In this document: one piece after another, positions 38,907-47,627 of the stretch | Position numbering within the stretch: the stretch's first letter is position 1 | Layout of the letters: each line of letters begins with the position of its first letter | Assembly: GCA_963778655.1 (NCBI GenBank) | Contig: CAVZVA010000010.1 | Location: 1,664,001 to 1,728,000 of the forward strand | From: an uncultured delta proteobacterium | Lineage (GTDB): Bacteria; Myxococcota_A; Polyangia; Polyangiales; JAFGIB01 | DNA length: 64,000 bases | Direction: 5' to 3' | Made by a program: the position numbers and the translations under genes | The notes under the pieces: generated by a model | Seen by the model: the letters and a program-made list of their open reading frames with translations, nothing else | What the model was told of the DNA's origin: nothing | Database searches by the model: none

Positions 38907-39272
38907 TTAGGGCTTCATCCGCGCGCGCGGTACGTAGCCGGCGCGATCCAACAAATGAGCAACGCGGCTTGGCTCGGGCGGCGGGGCCGCAACCGGCGCC
39001 GCCTGCTCCCTAGCGCGGCTATCAATCCGCTTCGCCGCCAGCCACCGATCCAGCTCACGTGCGCGCACCAGAACTTGGCGGCCCACGCGCGATGCCTCGA
39101 GCTCCCCGCGGCGCGCGGCGTCCATCACGCTGCGCCACGGCACCGGACACTGCTGCGGGTCGCGTACGTCGATCCACCGATCGGGGTCCGATGTCCCCGC
39201 CTGCGCTTCGACCACGCGCGCAAGAAGCTCCCGCAGAGAAACATCGAGCGGATCGCAGTGCTTCACAGTCAT
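38907..39272 (-). CDS. Excisionase-like HTH protein
   Basis: AARRGELEASRVGRQVLVRARELDRWL matches the HTH_17/Xis pattern. Confidence 0.7.
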   Translation of the reverse strand: MTVKHCDPLDVSLRELLARVVEAQAGTSDPDRWIDVRDPQQCPVPWRSVMDAARRGELEASRVGRQVLVRARELDRWLAAKRIDSRAREQAAPVAAPPPEPSRVAHLLDRAGYVPRARMKP

Positions 39273-39529
39273 GGCAACGACTCGTTGTGGAAAGTGCGGC
39301 AGCGTTCGCCGTCCGGCCTTAGTGCGGACGGCACGCGCGCGAGCTCGACGAAGCCCTCCATGCGATTGGCGCCCTGCCCATACGGCGGCTGCCAGAACTC
39401 GACGTACGTGGCACCGAGCTCTCGGGCCCGCCCAATCGCCCTCGCGCGAAGCTCATCCGTGAGGGACTCCTCCTCGCGCAGGTCCGCGTAGACCGTCGTC
39501 TGGTCGCAACTGTCGAGCGCTACTTGCAT
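39269..39529 (-). CDS. Small hypothetical protein
   Basis: Overlaps both neighbours, consistent with translational coupling. Confidence 0.5.
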   Translation of the reverse strand: MQVALDSCDQTTVYADLREEESLTDELRARAIGRARELGATYVEFWQPPYGQGANRMEGFVELARVPSALRPDGERCRTFHNESLP

Positions 39530-40014
39530 GGCGCCGTCCCCGCGATACACGCGATTTCTTCGCTCCGCTTTTGCGGGCGATGCGGCGCGCCAAAGCTCGC
39601 CCACACGAATGTCGCGGCTGCCAGCATGGCGACCGCTGCCGACAGCGCGCACGTGAGTGTTGCGCGCGACAGAGCCTTGTTGTGCCGTTCGAGTGCCTGC
39701 TCGAGCCCCTCAACGGCCGCCGAGGCGGCCTTGCGCAGCTCGGTGCTCACGCCTGAGGCGATCGAGACCGGTACGTGCTGAAGAAACTGCGAAGCGGTTC
39801 GCTTCGAGTCTTCGTGCCACTTGGCCGCCGCCGCCTCGAGCTCCGAGCGGTGCTGCTTTAGCGCTTCGGATTGTGCCTGCTCTGCCTGGCGCAGAACGTT
39901 TTCGAGAATTCGCCGCGTCGCCGTCTGCAGCACCAGGATTGGATCGCCTCGGTCAAGGGCCACCCCGTGCTCGACGGCGAGCTCACGAATCAGGTCGGTG
40001 ACATCGTCGTTCAC
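39520..40014 (-). CDS. traM: IncP-type conjugal transfer protein TraM homologue
   Basis: ELAVEHGVALDRGDPILVLQT...ELEAAAAKW; C-terminal TM. Confidence 0.75.
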   Translation of the reverse strand: MNDDVTDLIRELAVEHGVALDRGDPILVLQTATRRILENVLRQAEQAQSEALKQHRSELEAAAAKWHEDSKRTASQFLQHVPVSIASGVSTELRKAASAAVEGLEQALERHNKALSRATLTCALSAAVAMLAAATFVWASFGAPHRPQKRSEEIACIAGTAPCK

Positions 40015-40105
40015 AGCACGCCCGCGAGATCGAGGCGCTCGTAGAGGTCACGCTGCGCCATCTTCAAGCGCTGGCGCGTCATGAGCAGCACGGACGGATC
40101 CCGCG
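40011..40105 (-). pseudogene. traL: 3' remnant of traL
   Basis: DPSVLLMTRQRLKMAQRDLYERLDLAGVL resembles the C-terminus of IncP TraL; stop overlaps the traM start as in traLM. Confidence 0.6.
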
Positions 40106-40199
40106 ACCGCCTCGCGGAACGGCCGCTTTGCTTTGAGGAGCTCCGACAGATCGTGGCCCGTGGCATGGCAAGCACGCGACACGGACAAGGGACCATCGA

Positions 40200-40347
40200 A
40201 ACGGAAGAGATCATGCGGCGCTACGATCGTGGCGCGCGCATGCTCGCCGATCTCAAGTACGTGCCTTTTCCCGACCTCTCGGACGTGCTGCCGGAGCTCT
40301 GCAAGGACCCGTCGAACGTGGTGCGGCTGCGAGGCGGACGCGGGTAG
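40200..40347 (+). pseudogene. Possible C-terminal remnant of a tyrosine integrase
   Basis: IMRRYDRGARMLADLKYVPFPDLSDVLPEL resembles, from recall, the catalytic-Tyr tail of myxobacterial integrases; no upstream R or HxxR motifs. Confidence 0.4.
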
Positions 40348-40407
40348 CGCGGCGTGCCGCCGTGCGGCTCGACCGCGTCGAGGCTGTCGTCGTCCGCCGC
40401 CCCGGCG

Positions 40408-40722
40408 TCATCGGCCCGCCCAGCGCTCTGGACGGCGGCGCTGATGGGCAACGGCCACCACGAAGACGGCTCCAGCTTCGACGCGATAGATGAGCGCGTA
40501 CGGGAACGGACCCGTGAAGAGCTTCTGTCGATGCCGGCCGCGGACGACAGGCCAGCGCTCCGGAGCGCGCGCGACATGCTCGAGCTCGCGGATGACCGCT
40601 CGCTCGAACCGGACAACGAGGCGCGCACCGTGGTCCTGCGAGCGGTACCAGTCGGCTGCTCGCTGCAAATCCGCCGCGGCCTCCGGGTGCCATCGGAGCT
40701 CGGCCGGCATCGCGAGGCTCAA
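40408..40722 (-). CDS. RelE/ParE-family toxin
   Basis: HPEAAADLQRAADWY...FPYALIYRV...VAVAHQRRRP. Confidence 0.9.
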   Translation of the reverse strand: MSLAMPAELRWHPEAAADLQRAADWYRSQDHGARLVVRFERAVIRELEHVARAPERWPVVRGRHRQKLFTGPFPYALIYRVEAGAVFVVAVAHQRRRPERWAGR

Positions 40723-40940
40723 CGAGCGCCGAACACGCGCTGCCGCACTTCATCCCAGGGCAGGGTCTCGACCTCGCCGCGCTCGATCTGCCCCCAACGC
40801 CGCTCGGCCTCGCCGTACCAAGCCTGGAGTACGTCCGTGTCGATCGCCAGCTTGACGAGGAGCTGCCGCGCGAACTCGCGCCGATCGTCCTCGGGCAGCG
40901 CGAGCACTTCGTCCATCAATTCTTCGGCCTTGGCGCCCAT
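40719..40940 (-). CDS. Addiction module antitoxin
   Basis: LALPEDDR...AWYGEAERR...TLPWDEV; overlaps the toxin start. Confidence 0.88.
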   Translation of the reverse strand: MGAKAEELMDEVLALPEDDRREFARQLLVKLAIDTDVLQAWYGEAERRWGQIERGEVETLPWDEVRQRVFGAR

Positions 40941-41129
40941 GCGGACGAATGTGCCACACAGCTCGGCCATGGTCGACGAGGCGCGACAACGGACACCTGG
41001 CCGGCATGGGAGCGACCTGTCCAAGTGGCTGTCCAAGACGCGACCTCGAGCGACGTTCGACACGATCGAACACGCAGAAACCCCGCGAAAACGCCATGGT
41101 CACGGCCGGTCCTGGCCGTGTGGAACGGT

Positions 41130-41185
41130 CTTGAAATCCGTTGAATCCGCGAGGATTCCAGGGGTTCGAATCCCTTCTCCTCCGC
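41130..41185 (+). repeat. att site: duplicated 3' part of tRNA-Ser
   Basis: 56 nt identical to 35981-36036. Confidence 0.95.
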
Positions 41186-41190
41186 TCAAA

Positions 41191-41280
41191 TATCGGAAGG
41201 GGCACGCGCGGCTCTTGTAACGGGGAGGGGCACGCGCCCCTCCCGCCCGACCCAGGGGTTCGCTCGCTCGCGGACGGGGA
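41191..41280 (+). repeat. Family A palindromic repeat (one partial and one full core)
   Basis: taacggggaggggcacgcgcccctcccgccc at 41218-41248. Confidence 0.75.
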
Positions 41281-41313
41281 CCTGATCGAGCTTGCGGGCT
41301 GTTGGGTGGGCGC

Positions 41314-43041
41314 TCAGTGCGGCGGGTGCGTCTTGCGCGCCGGCCACAGGTCGCGCCGCATGAAGATCTGCAGCAGGCCGAAGCGTTCCGCGGGCATGTA
41401 GCGCTGCGCCAGCAGGCCCACCGCGTCCGGCACGTGCGTGCAGAAGTCCCGCATCCCGGAGCGCGGGAAGGTGAACGGCGCGTTGTCGAAGAACACGAAC
41501 GCGGCTGGCGGCGAGCGCTTCAGGCGCTCCGCCATGTCGCGCGCGTGCGCGGCCGTGAACGCCTTGGCGAAGTCGCGCGCGCTGCGCGAGCCCGAGACCT
41601 TGGCGATGCCCTCGAGCACGGCCTCGGGATTGAGATCGATGTCGTAGATGTACGGGGTGGCGCTGTGGCGCTGCGCCAGGGCCAGCAAGTACGGGTCCAT
41701 GCCGTAGGTCTGGATGCGCTCCTGCGGACGGGTGTAGCGTTGCAAGAAGTCCGCCGCTTGTTGCAGCGCCGAGGAGGGGAAGTCGCCGCGATCGAAGTGG
41801 CGCAGGTAGTGCTGCGACTTGCGCAATTTGGCTGTCGCGCCTTCCTTCGGGGCCCACTCCGCGCCCAGGCTCTGCGAATCGAGCAGCGCGCGCGAGCCCT
41901 GATATGCGAGCAGACAGGCCAGCCCGATCGACCACAACGAGAGCCCGCGTCGCTCGGGCTCGGCCGAGGCGTCGGCGCTGGTTCCGGTGTGACAGACCAG
42001 CACCACCGCGAGCAGGGCGGCGCCCGCCGTGACCGGATGCAGATGGTAGGGAAACGCCTTGTCCTGCAGCAGGTCGAGCGCGATCCCGAGCAAGGGAAAC
42101 AGCGCCACTCCGAGCAGCCGGCGCTTCATATTGCCGACCGCGATCAGGGCGAGCACGGCCAGCGCCAGCGCGATCGGCAGCGGGAACATCGCCGCGTGGC
42201 TTTCGGAGAGGATGTGCGAGACGCCGTGCGGCCAGATATAGACGTAGTAGCGCGGGTTCTCGAGCAGATATGAGCGCAGGAAGTCGGGGATGCTGGCAAA
42301 GATGCCGAGAAACACCAGCTGCGCGAGCGCGCCCAGCGCCATGCCGCCCCCGAACGCCAGCAGCTGGCCGCGCCGTGGCAGTGCGAGCCCGCGCTCGCTG
42401 ATGGCGATCAGGAAGAGCTGCATCAGCGTGTAGAGCGCGCAGGTGGGCTTGCCGAACCAGGGCGTCACGCTGAGCGCGCCGGCGGCCAGCATGAACGCGC
42501 CCGCCCGCCGCGGCGACACGCTGCTGCGTGCGCGCAGGTCGCAGCCGAGCGCGGCGAGCATGAACCAGTCGTAGAAGCTCTCGCGCTGGGTGAGGTCCCA
42601 AAACGAGTAGTACGACACGTACTGCGCGAGCAGCGCGGCGCAGCCCGCCGCCGCCCACAGCAGCCGTTCCAGGTGCGGGCGCGGCTGCGGCCGCGTTCCG
42701 AGCGAGGCCGGCAGCGAGGCGGCCACGAACGCGAACACCAGGGCCGAGACCGCCAGGTCGAACGAGCGCAGCACGTGCGCGTCGAAGCCGCCGAACAGCG
42801 CGGCCAGCAGGTGGATCTCGTGAACGACCGGCCCGTTGATCTCGCGCAGGTCGCGATAGAGCTTGTCGCCGTGCGCGATCGACCAGGCCGTGCCCTGGAA
42901 GATGCCCTGATCGCGGCCGAGCCCGAGGTAGCTCGCGCGGCGCACCGCGAGCACCAGCCACAGCAGCGGGCCCAGCGCAACGATCAGCGCCGCCACGGGT
43001 GAAGCGCCGATGCGCGCACGCGGTCTGTCTGAGCCGCTCAC
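41314..43041 (-). CDS. Polytopic membrane protein, GT-C glycosyltransferase-like
   Basis: RDQGIF...LYRDLREINGP first-loop motif, KP motif, many TMs, soluble C-terminal domain. Confidence 0.7.
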   Translation of the reverse strand: MSGSDRPRARIGASPVAALIVALGPLLWLVLAVRRASYLGLGRDQGIFQGTAWSIAHGDKLYRDLREINGPVVHEIHLLAALFGGFDAHVLRSFDLAVSALVFAFVAASLPASLGTRPQPRPHLERLLWAAAGCAALLAQYVSYYSFWDLTQRESFYDWFMLAALGCDLRARSSVSPRRAGAFMLAAGALSVTPWFGKPTCALYTLMQLFLIAISERGLALPRRGQLLAFGGGMALGALAQLVFLGIFASIPDFLRSYLLENPRYYVYIWPHGVSHILSESHAAMFPLPIALALAVLALIAVGNMKRRLLGVALFPLLGIALDLLQDKAFPYHLHPVTAGAALLAVVLVCHTGTSADASAEPERRGLSLWSIGLACLLAYQGSRALLDSQSLGAEWAPKEGATAKLRKSQHYLRHFDRGDFPSSALQQAADFLQRYTRPQERIQTYGMDPYLLALAQRHSATPYIYDIDLNPEAVLEGIAKVSGSRSARDFAKAFTAAHARDMAERLKRSPPAAFVFFDNAPFTFPRSGMRDFCTHVPDAVGLLAQRYMPAERFGLLQIFMRRDLWPARKTHPPH

Positions 43042-43197
43042 CAGGCGCGGAGGCTAGAGCGCATTGCCCGACCCCGCAACGTCCCGGCGTGCGCACGCAG
43101 CTGCAAGCTTCACCTGCGCCGACGCGCGGCCCAATCACGAGGGAGCGCAGCGCCCGCGCCGGTGGGTGGGCCCGTTGGGCCTTGCCCAACGCCCAGC

Positions 43198-43228
43198 GGG
43201 CGGGAGGGTCGCGTGAGCCTCCCGGTCA
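43198..43228 (-). repeat. Family A palindromic repeat core
   Basis: Reverse complement tgaccgggaggctcacgcgaccctcccgccc; its TGA is the stop codon of the upstream gene. Confidence 0.75.
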
Positions 43229-44566
43229 CTCACCCTTATCGAGGATCAGCCGGAAGAAGTCTTCGTCGTCGTCCTGCGCGCGCTCGCCGGGGCGGTGCAA
43301 GGGAAGCTTGGTCACCACCAGCAGCACCGCCTCGGTCTGTGGCGAGAGCTCGACCGGCAGGAAGCTGTCCGGCAGCCGCCGGGGGGGCGCTTCCATCCGG
43401 CCCAGCTCGCGCCCCTGCGTGTCGAGTCGCACAGCCTGCAGCGACCAGCGCACGCCGCGCTCGCCGCGCAGCCACACCAGCAAGCGCTGTCCGCTGCGCG
43501 CGCCGCGCGTGTCGACCCGCGTGTAGGCGCTGCCGTAGGTCGCCAGGCCGGGTGCGGACACCGGCAGGTGCGCGGGCAGCGCAGCCAGGGCGGGTCCCCG
43601 CGCGACCGGCACCGCGGCCTGCGCGGGGAGGGCGGGCAGCGCGCCGCCCGTCTGGCGCCCCGGGGCGAAGTAACGCGCTACCGCTAGCTCCTCGACAGCC
43701 TGGTCCAGGGTCTCGCCCGCCTTGTCGAGCGCCGCGCTCAGCGCTTGCCACAGGCTCGGCTCCGCGTGCAGCGCGCTCGGGCGCTCGCTGTGCTGGCGCG
43801 CGATTTCCCACAGCTCCTGCACGAAACGTCCGCTGCCGCCGTCGTGGCGTCGCGAGAGCATGGACAGCAGCAGCCCAAGACCCGCGGTCTGAGGCTCTGC
43901 GTCTCCGACCAGCCCCAGCGCGGGCGCTGCCTGGCTATCCATCACCGCGTCCTCGCAGCCGAGCTCCCCCCGGGCCAGCCAGACGATGAACGCGGCAGTC
44001 GCCCGCCGCGCGGACTCGGGCTCGGCCGGATCCCGGCCGAAGAGCGCGGCCTGCGCCAGCGCGTCGAGCGCGCAGCGCGGCAGCGCCGACGGCGGCAGCG
44101 CCGCGTCCAGCAGCGCGAAGCTGCTGGCGGCATCGAATGCGGTGAAGCCGAGCAGCGCGTCGGCTCCCGCGCTCGCGGCACGCGCCGCCCCGGGCACCAG
44201 GTAGAGGTCGAAATCGAGGCTGCCGCCGCGGCCGCCGTCGGGGTAGGGCAGCGGCCAACCGTCGGCGTAGAGCCAGTCGCAGGCGCCTTCGAGCGCACGC
44301 AGCGCGGCCGCCAGCCGCCGCCACGGCACGCCCGGCGGCGCGTGCACGGCAAGCGGCCAGCGAGCCGAGCGCAGCGTGCGTTGCGGGCCGGCGGGCCGCG
44401 GCGGTCCGCCCGCGAACGCGATGGTCGGACCGCGGTAGCGGGCGGGCGTGTACGCGATCAGCGAGGCCCAGGCCTGGAACGGGTTGTCGTCGGCGCGGAC
44501 GCGGCCTGCAACCCCCGCGGCAACGGCTGCGCACGCGAGCAGGATTGCAGCCGCCGTCGCCGGCAC
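43226..44566 (-). CDS. Secreted hypothetical protein (start uncertain)
   Basis: Signal peptide, PDGGRGGSLDFDLYL motif. Confidence 0.65.
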   Translation of the reverse strand: MPATAAAILLACAAVAAGVAGRVRADDNPFQAWASLIAYTPARYRGPTIAFAGGPPRPAGPQRTLRSARWPLAVHAPPGVPWRRLAAALRALEGACDWLYADGWPLPYPDGGRGGSLDFDLYLVPGAARAASAGADALLGFTAFDAASSFALLDAALPPSALPRCALDALAQAALFGRDPAEPESARRATAAFIVWLARGELGCEDAVMDSQAAPALGLVGDAEPQTAGLGLLLSMLSRRHDGGSGRFVQELWEIARQHSERPSALHAEPSLWQALSAALDKAGETLDQAVEELAVARYFAPGRQTGGALPALPAQAAVPVARGPALAALPAHLPVSAPGLATYGSAYTRVDTRGARSGQRLLVWLRGERGVRWSLQAVRLDTQGRELGRMEAPPRRLPDSFLPVELSPQTEAVLLVVTKLPLHRPGERAQDDDEDFFRLILDKGE

Positions 44567-44667
44567 GTGTCGGCGGGCGGCCTGCGCTGTGCGCGAACGG
44601 CGTAGATTTGACACGGCGGCGCTCCAGCCCTTAAACCATTCCCGAAAGCTTCGTGACAGAGAACCGG

Positions 44668-44698
44668 TTATCGGGAGCGTCATGCGACCCTCCCGCCC
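44668..44698 (+). repeat. Family A palindromic repeat core
   Basis: ttatcgggagcgtcatgcgaccctcccgccc. Confidence 0.7.
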
Positions 44699-44743
44699 GT
44701 CGGCCAAGGCCCGGCCTCAGGGCCGCACTCCGCGGACAGTTGC

Positions 44744-45292
44744 ATGACAGAGCCTAGCTTCGATCCCGGTGGTTTCTTCCAATTCGATCTCGCGCAGGGC
44801 AGTGTGCGCTCGCGGGGCGGCGGTCGCGTGTTGTTGGTCTCGGAGAGCGTGCTCGCCCCGCTGATCAACACCGCGGTGTCGCAAGGCGATCTCACCGCGG
44901 TGCGCAGCCTCGGCAGCCAGCTCGGCACGATGGTGGCCGGCTCGCTCGGCGCCGCGGCCAACGGGCTCGCGCCGGAGCAGGTCGTGGGGCACGCCGGCGC
45001 GGTGATGTCGCTGTTCGGCTGGGGCCGGCTGCGCCTGGAGCAATGGGGCGACGTGCTGGTGCTGCACGTGGAGGGTTTGCCGCCGCTCGACGAGGACAAC
45101 CTCGCGGTGGCGGCGCTGCTCGGCGGGCTGTTCTCGACGCTGTGCTCGACCGAGGTCGCTTGCGTGCCGATCGCGCGCACGGCCAAGTACATGATGGTGG
45201 ACCCGCGCATCGCCGAGCAGGTCTGGACCTGGTCCAAGGAAGGCGAGAGCTTGGCTTCGATCAGCTCCAAGCTGGCGGCACCCCAACGATGA
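44744..45292 (+). CDS. Hypothetical protein, V4R/XylR-N-like
   Basis: RVLLVSE...LGSQLG...FGWGRL pattern. Confidence 0.6.
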   Translation: MTEPSFDPGGFFQFDLAQGSVRSRGGGRVLLVSESVLAPLINTAVSQGDLTAVRSLGSQLGTMVAGSLGAAANGLAPEQVVGHAGAVMSLFGWGRLRLEQWGDVLVLHVEGLPPLDEDNLAVAALLGGLFSTLCSTEVACVPIARTAKYMMVDPRIAEQVWTWSKEGESLASISSKLAAPQR

Positions 45293-45747
45293 GCACACAA
45301 GTCGAACGCCTCGAGAGCCTGTTGCAGCGCGTCGGGCACAACCGCACCAAGCCGCGCGGCGAGCCGGGGGCGCCGCCCGCGTCGATCGCGCAAGCGGTCG
45401 CGGCCCCGCTGCCCGAGCCATCACCGCCTGCGCCGATCGCGCCTGCACCCGCCGCGCCCGCCCCTGTGCGGCGCCCGGCCCCGACGCCCCTGGAAGAGGC
45501 GCTGGAGGCCGGTCACGGCCGCGGCGCCCGCGCGCCGCAGCCGTTCGCGCCGCCCGTCGATCGCGTGCCGGTCGCGGTGGAGGCGTACGCACCGTCGGCG
45601 CGGGCGCCGGAGTCGGTGGTGCTGGTCGATCCCCCGCTGCCGCAGCCCTCGCGGCCGATCGCGCACGCCGTGAGCAAGGCTCCGCCCGCGGTCGCGCCCA
45701 GCTTCGGGGAGCTGCTGCGCCGCTCGCTGGCGGCCAAGCCGCACTGA
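45289..45747 (+). CDS. Pro-rich hypothetical protein
   Basis: ATGA overlap with the upstream gene; short helical termini with a Pro-rich middle. Confidence 0.65.
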   Translation: MSTQVERLESLLQRVGHNRTKPRGEPGAPPASIAQAVAAPLPEPSPPAPIAPAPAAPAPVRRPAPTPLEEALEAGHGRGARAPQPFAPPVDRVPVAVEAYAPSARAPESVVLVDPPLPQPSRPIAHAVSKAPPAVAPSFGELLRRSLAAKPH

Positions 45748-45796
45748 TCGGGCGGTTTCGGCCCCAGCCCGCGTTCGATCTGGCAGGATCCCCACC

Positions 45797-46561
45797 ATGC
45801 TGCTCACGATCGACGTCGGCAACACCAACACCGTGCTCGGCCTGTACGAAGGGCCCAAGCTGATCCACCACTTCCGCATCCAGAGCGAGCGCGGCCGGAC
45901 CGAGGACGAGACGCACGTGTTGTTGGCCACGCTGCTCAACGTGGTCGGGCTCGAGCCCGAGGACGTCGACAGCAGCATCCTGGCCTCGGTGGTGCCGCCG
46001 CTGACCGAGCGCGTGGTGCGCGCAGTGCGCCGCGCGTTCGGGCACGAGCCGGTGGTGGTCGGCCCCGGGATCAAGACCGGCATGCCGATCCTGGTCGAGA
46101 ACCCGAAGGAAGTGGGCGCCGACCGCATCGTCAACGCGATCGCGGCCTACGAGCGCGTGCGCGGCGGGGTGATCGTGGTGGACTTCGGCACCGCGACCAC
46201 CTTCGATTGCGTGAGCAACCGCGGCGAGTACCTGGGCGGCGCGATCGCGCCGGGGATCTCGCTGGCCGCCGAGGCGCTGTTCGCCCGCGCTGCGCGCCTG
46301 CCCAAGACGGAGATTGCCAAGCCTCCCCACGTGCTGGGACGCAACACGGTGCAGACCATGCAGTCGGGGCTGGTGTACGGCTACGCCTGCATGGTCGACG
46401 GCATGGTGGCACGGCTGACAGCCGAGATGGGCTACCCGTGCGCGTGTCTCGCCACGGGCGGCGAGGCAGCGCTGATCGAGAGCGAGTCGAGCGCGATCCA
46501 GGAGGTCGACGAGCACCTCACGCTCGATGGCCTGCGCATCCTTTACGCGCGGCAACGTTGA
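45797..46561 (+). CDS. coaX: Type III pantothenate kinase
   Basis: IDVGNTN, VGADRIVN, VDFGTATT, GGAIAPG and ATGG. Confidence 0.96.
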   Translation: MLLTIDVGNTNTVLGLYEGPKLIHHFRIQSERGRTEDETHVLLATLLNVVGLEPEDVDSSILASVVPPLTERVVRAVRRAFGHEPVVVGPGIKTGMPILVENPKEVGADRIVNAIAAYERVRGGVIVVDFGTATTFDCVSNRGEYLGGAIAPGISLAAEALFARAARLPKTEIAKPPHVLGRNTVQTMQSGLVYGYACMVDGMVARLTAEMGYPCACLATGGEAALIESESSAIQEVDEHLTLDGLRILYARQR

Positions 46562-47295
46562 TGACGCACTTCTTTCAAGTCGTGCTCCGTACCAGCGATG
46601 TCGATGCCGCAGCCGCGTTCTATGCGCGCGTGCTCGGCATGAACAAGCTTCCCGTCGTGCAGCTGCATGCCCAAGCGGTGGCGCGCGGCGCGCGGCCGCA
46701 CTGGCTCGGCTTCCTCGAGGTGAACCAGGTGGAGCGCGCGGCGGCTTCATTCGCGCAACGCGGCGCGATGCCGCTCGCTCCGGTCTGGGTCAACCCCGAG
46801 GGGCTGCAGGCGGCGGTGATGCGCGACCCCGGAGGCGCCGTGGTGGCGCTGGCCAAGCCGCCGGCGGGTGCCCGGCCCGCGGGCGCAGCGAGCAGCGAAG
46901 GCGCGGGGCCGGAGGTGCTCTGGTACGAGCTCAATACGGCCGACGTCGAGCGCGCCAAGGTCAATTACCAGGAGCAGCTCGGGTTGGATTTCAAGCCAGC
47001 GTTGGATCTCGGCGGCTTTGGCGTCTTTCACCCGTTCGCATGGCAGCCCGGCGGCGAGGCGGTCGGCTCGTTCGGCGACATCGCCGGGCGCCCGGGCGTC
47101 CACCCGCACTGGCTATTTCACTTTGGCGTGGCCCAGCTCGGGCGCGCTTTGGACGCGGTTCGTGCGGGCGCCGGCAAGGTGGCCGCCGAGCTCACGCTGC
47201 CGAGCGGCGCGCGCATCGCCGTGTGCGACGATCCGCAAGGCGCAGCCTTCGCCCTGCGCGAGCGGCCCGCGCGCTCCGGGGACTCCAGGCTCTAG
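46561..47295 (+). CDS. VOC/glyoxalase family protein
   Basis: Two VOC domains; RDPGGA and DDPQGAAF. Confidence 0.88.
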   Translation: MTHFFQVVLRTSDVDAAAAFYARVLGMNKLPVVQLHAQAVARGARPHWLGFLEVNQVERAAASFAQRGAMPLAPVWVNPEGLQAAVMRDPGGAVVALAKPPAGARPAGAASSEGAGPEVLWYELNTADVERAKVNYQEQLGLDFKPALDLGGFGVFHPFAWQPGGEAVGSFGDIAGRPGVHPHWLFHFGVAQLGRALDAVRAGAGKVAAELTLPSGARIAVCDDPQGAAFALRERPARSGDSRL

Positions 47296-47308
47296 CCGTT
47301 TCGCGCCG

Positions 47309-47617
47309 TCAGCCCGCGTAGACGTCGCGGATCGACGCGTCTCTGGCGAATTGCGCGAGCGCGTACGGACAGGTGGCCATCACGCGCGTCTTGGTGTCCC
47401 GGGCCCAGGCGACCAGCGTATCGAGCAGCTTGCGCGAGACGCCGAGACCGCGCAGCGCGTCGTGTACCCCGGTGTGATCGATGATGATCAGCGTGTCGTC
47501 GACGCGCGTATAGGTCATCTCCGCGAGACGCACGCCGTCCTTCGCGACGAAGAACGCGCCGCGGCCGTCTGCTTCCTCGTACGCAATCGCGATCGGCGGC
47601 TTTGCAGGGGGCTCCAC
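47309..47617 (-). CDS. Small GNAT-like acetyltransferase (YjdJ-like)
   Basis: IDHTGV...LRGLG...ATCPY. Confidence 0.88.
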   Translation of the reverse strand: MEPPAKPPIAIAYEEADGRGAFFVAKDGVRLAEMTYTRVDDTLIIIDHTGVHDALRGLGVSRKLLDTLVAWARDTKTRVMATCPYALAQFARDASIRDVYAG

Positions 47618-47627
47618 GCCGCACCGC

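Larger units (their letters stand above)
35981..41185. mobile_element. Decayed integrative element inserted in tRNA-Ser
   Basis: Exact 56-bp direct repeat at 35981-36036 and 41130-41185; TA modules, traM and xis-like gene inside; visibly lower GC than the flanks. Confidence 0.92.

Noticed and set aside
41100..41185. Second tRNA gene
   Set aside because: Only the part from the anticodon loop onward is present, with no 5' acceptor strand, D arm or CCA; it is an att duplication.
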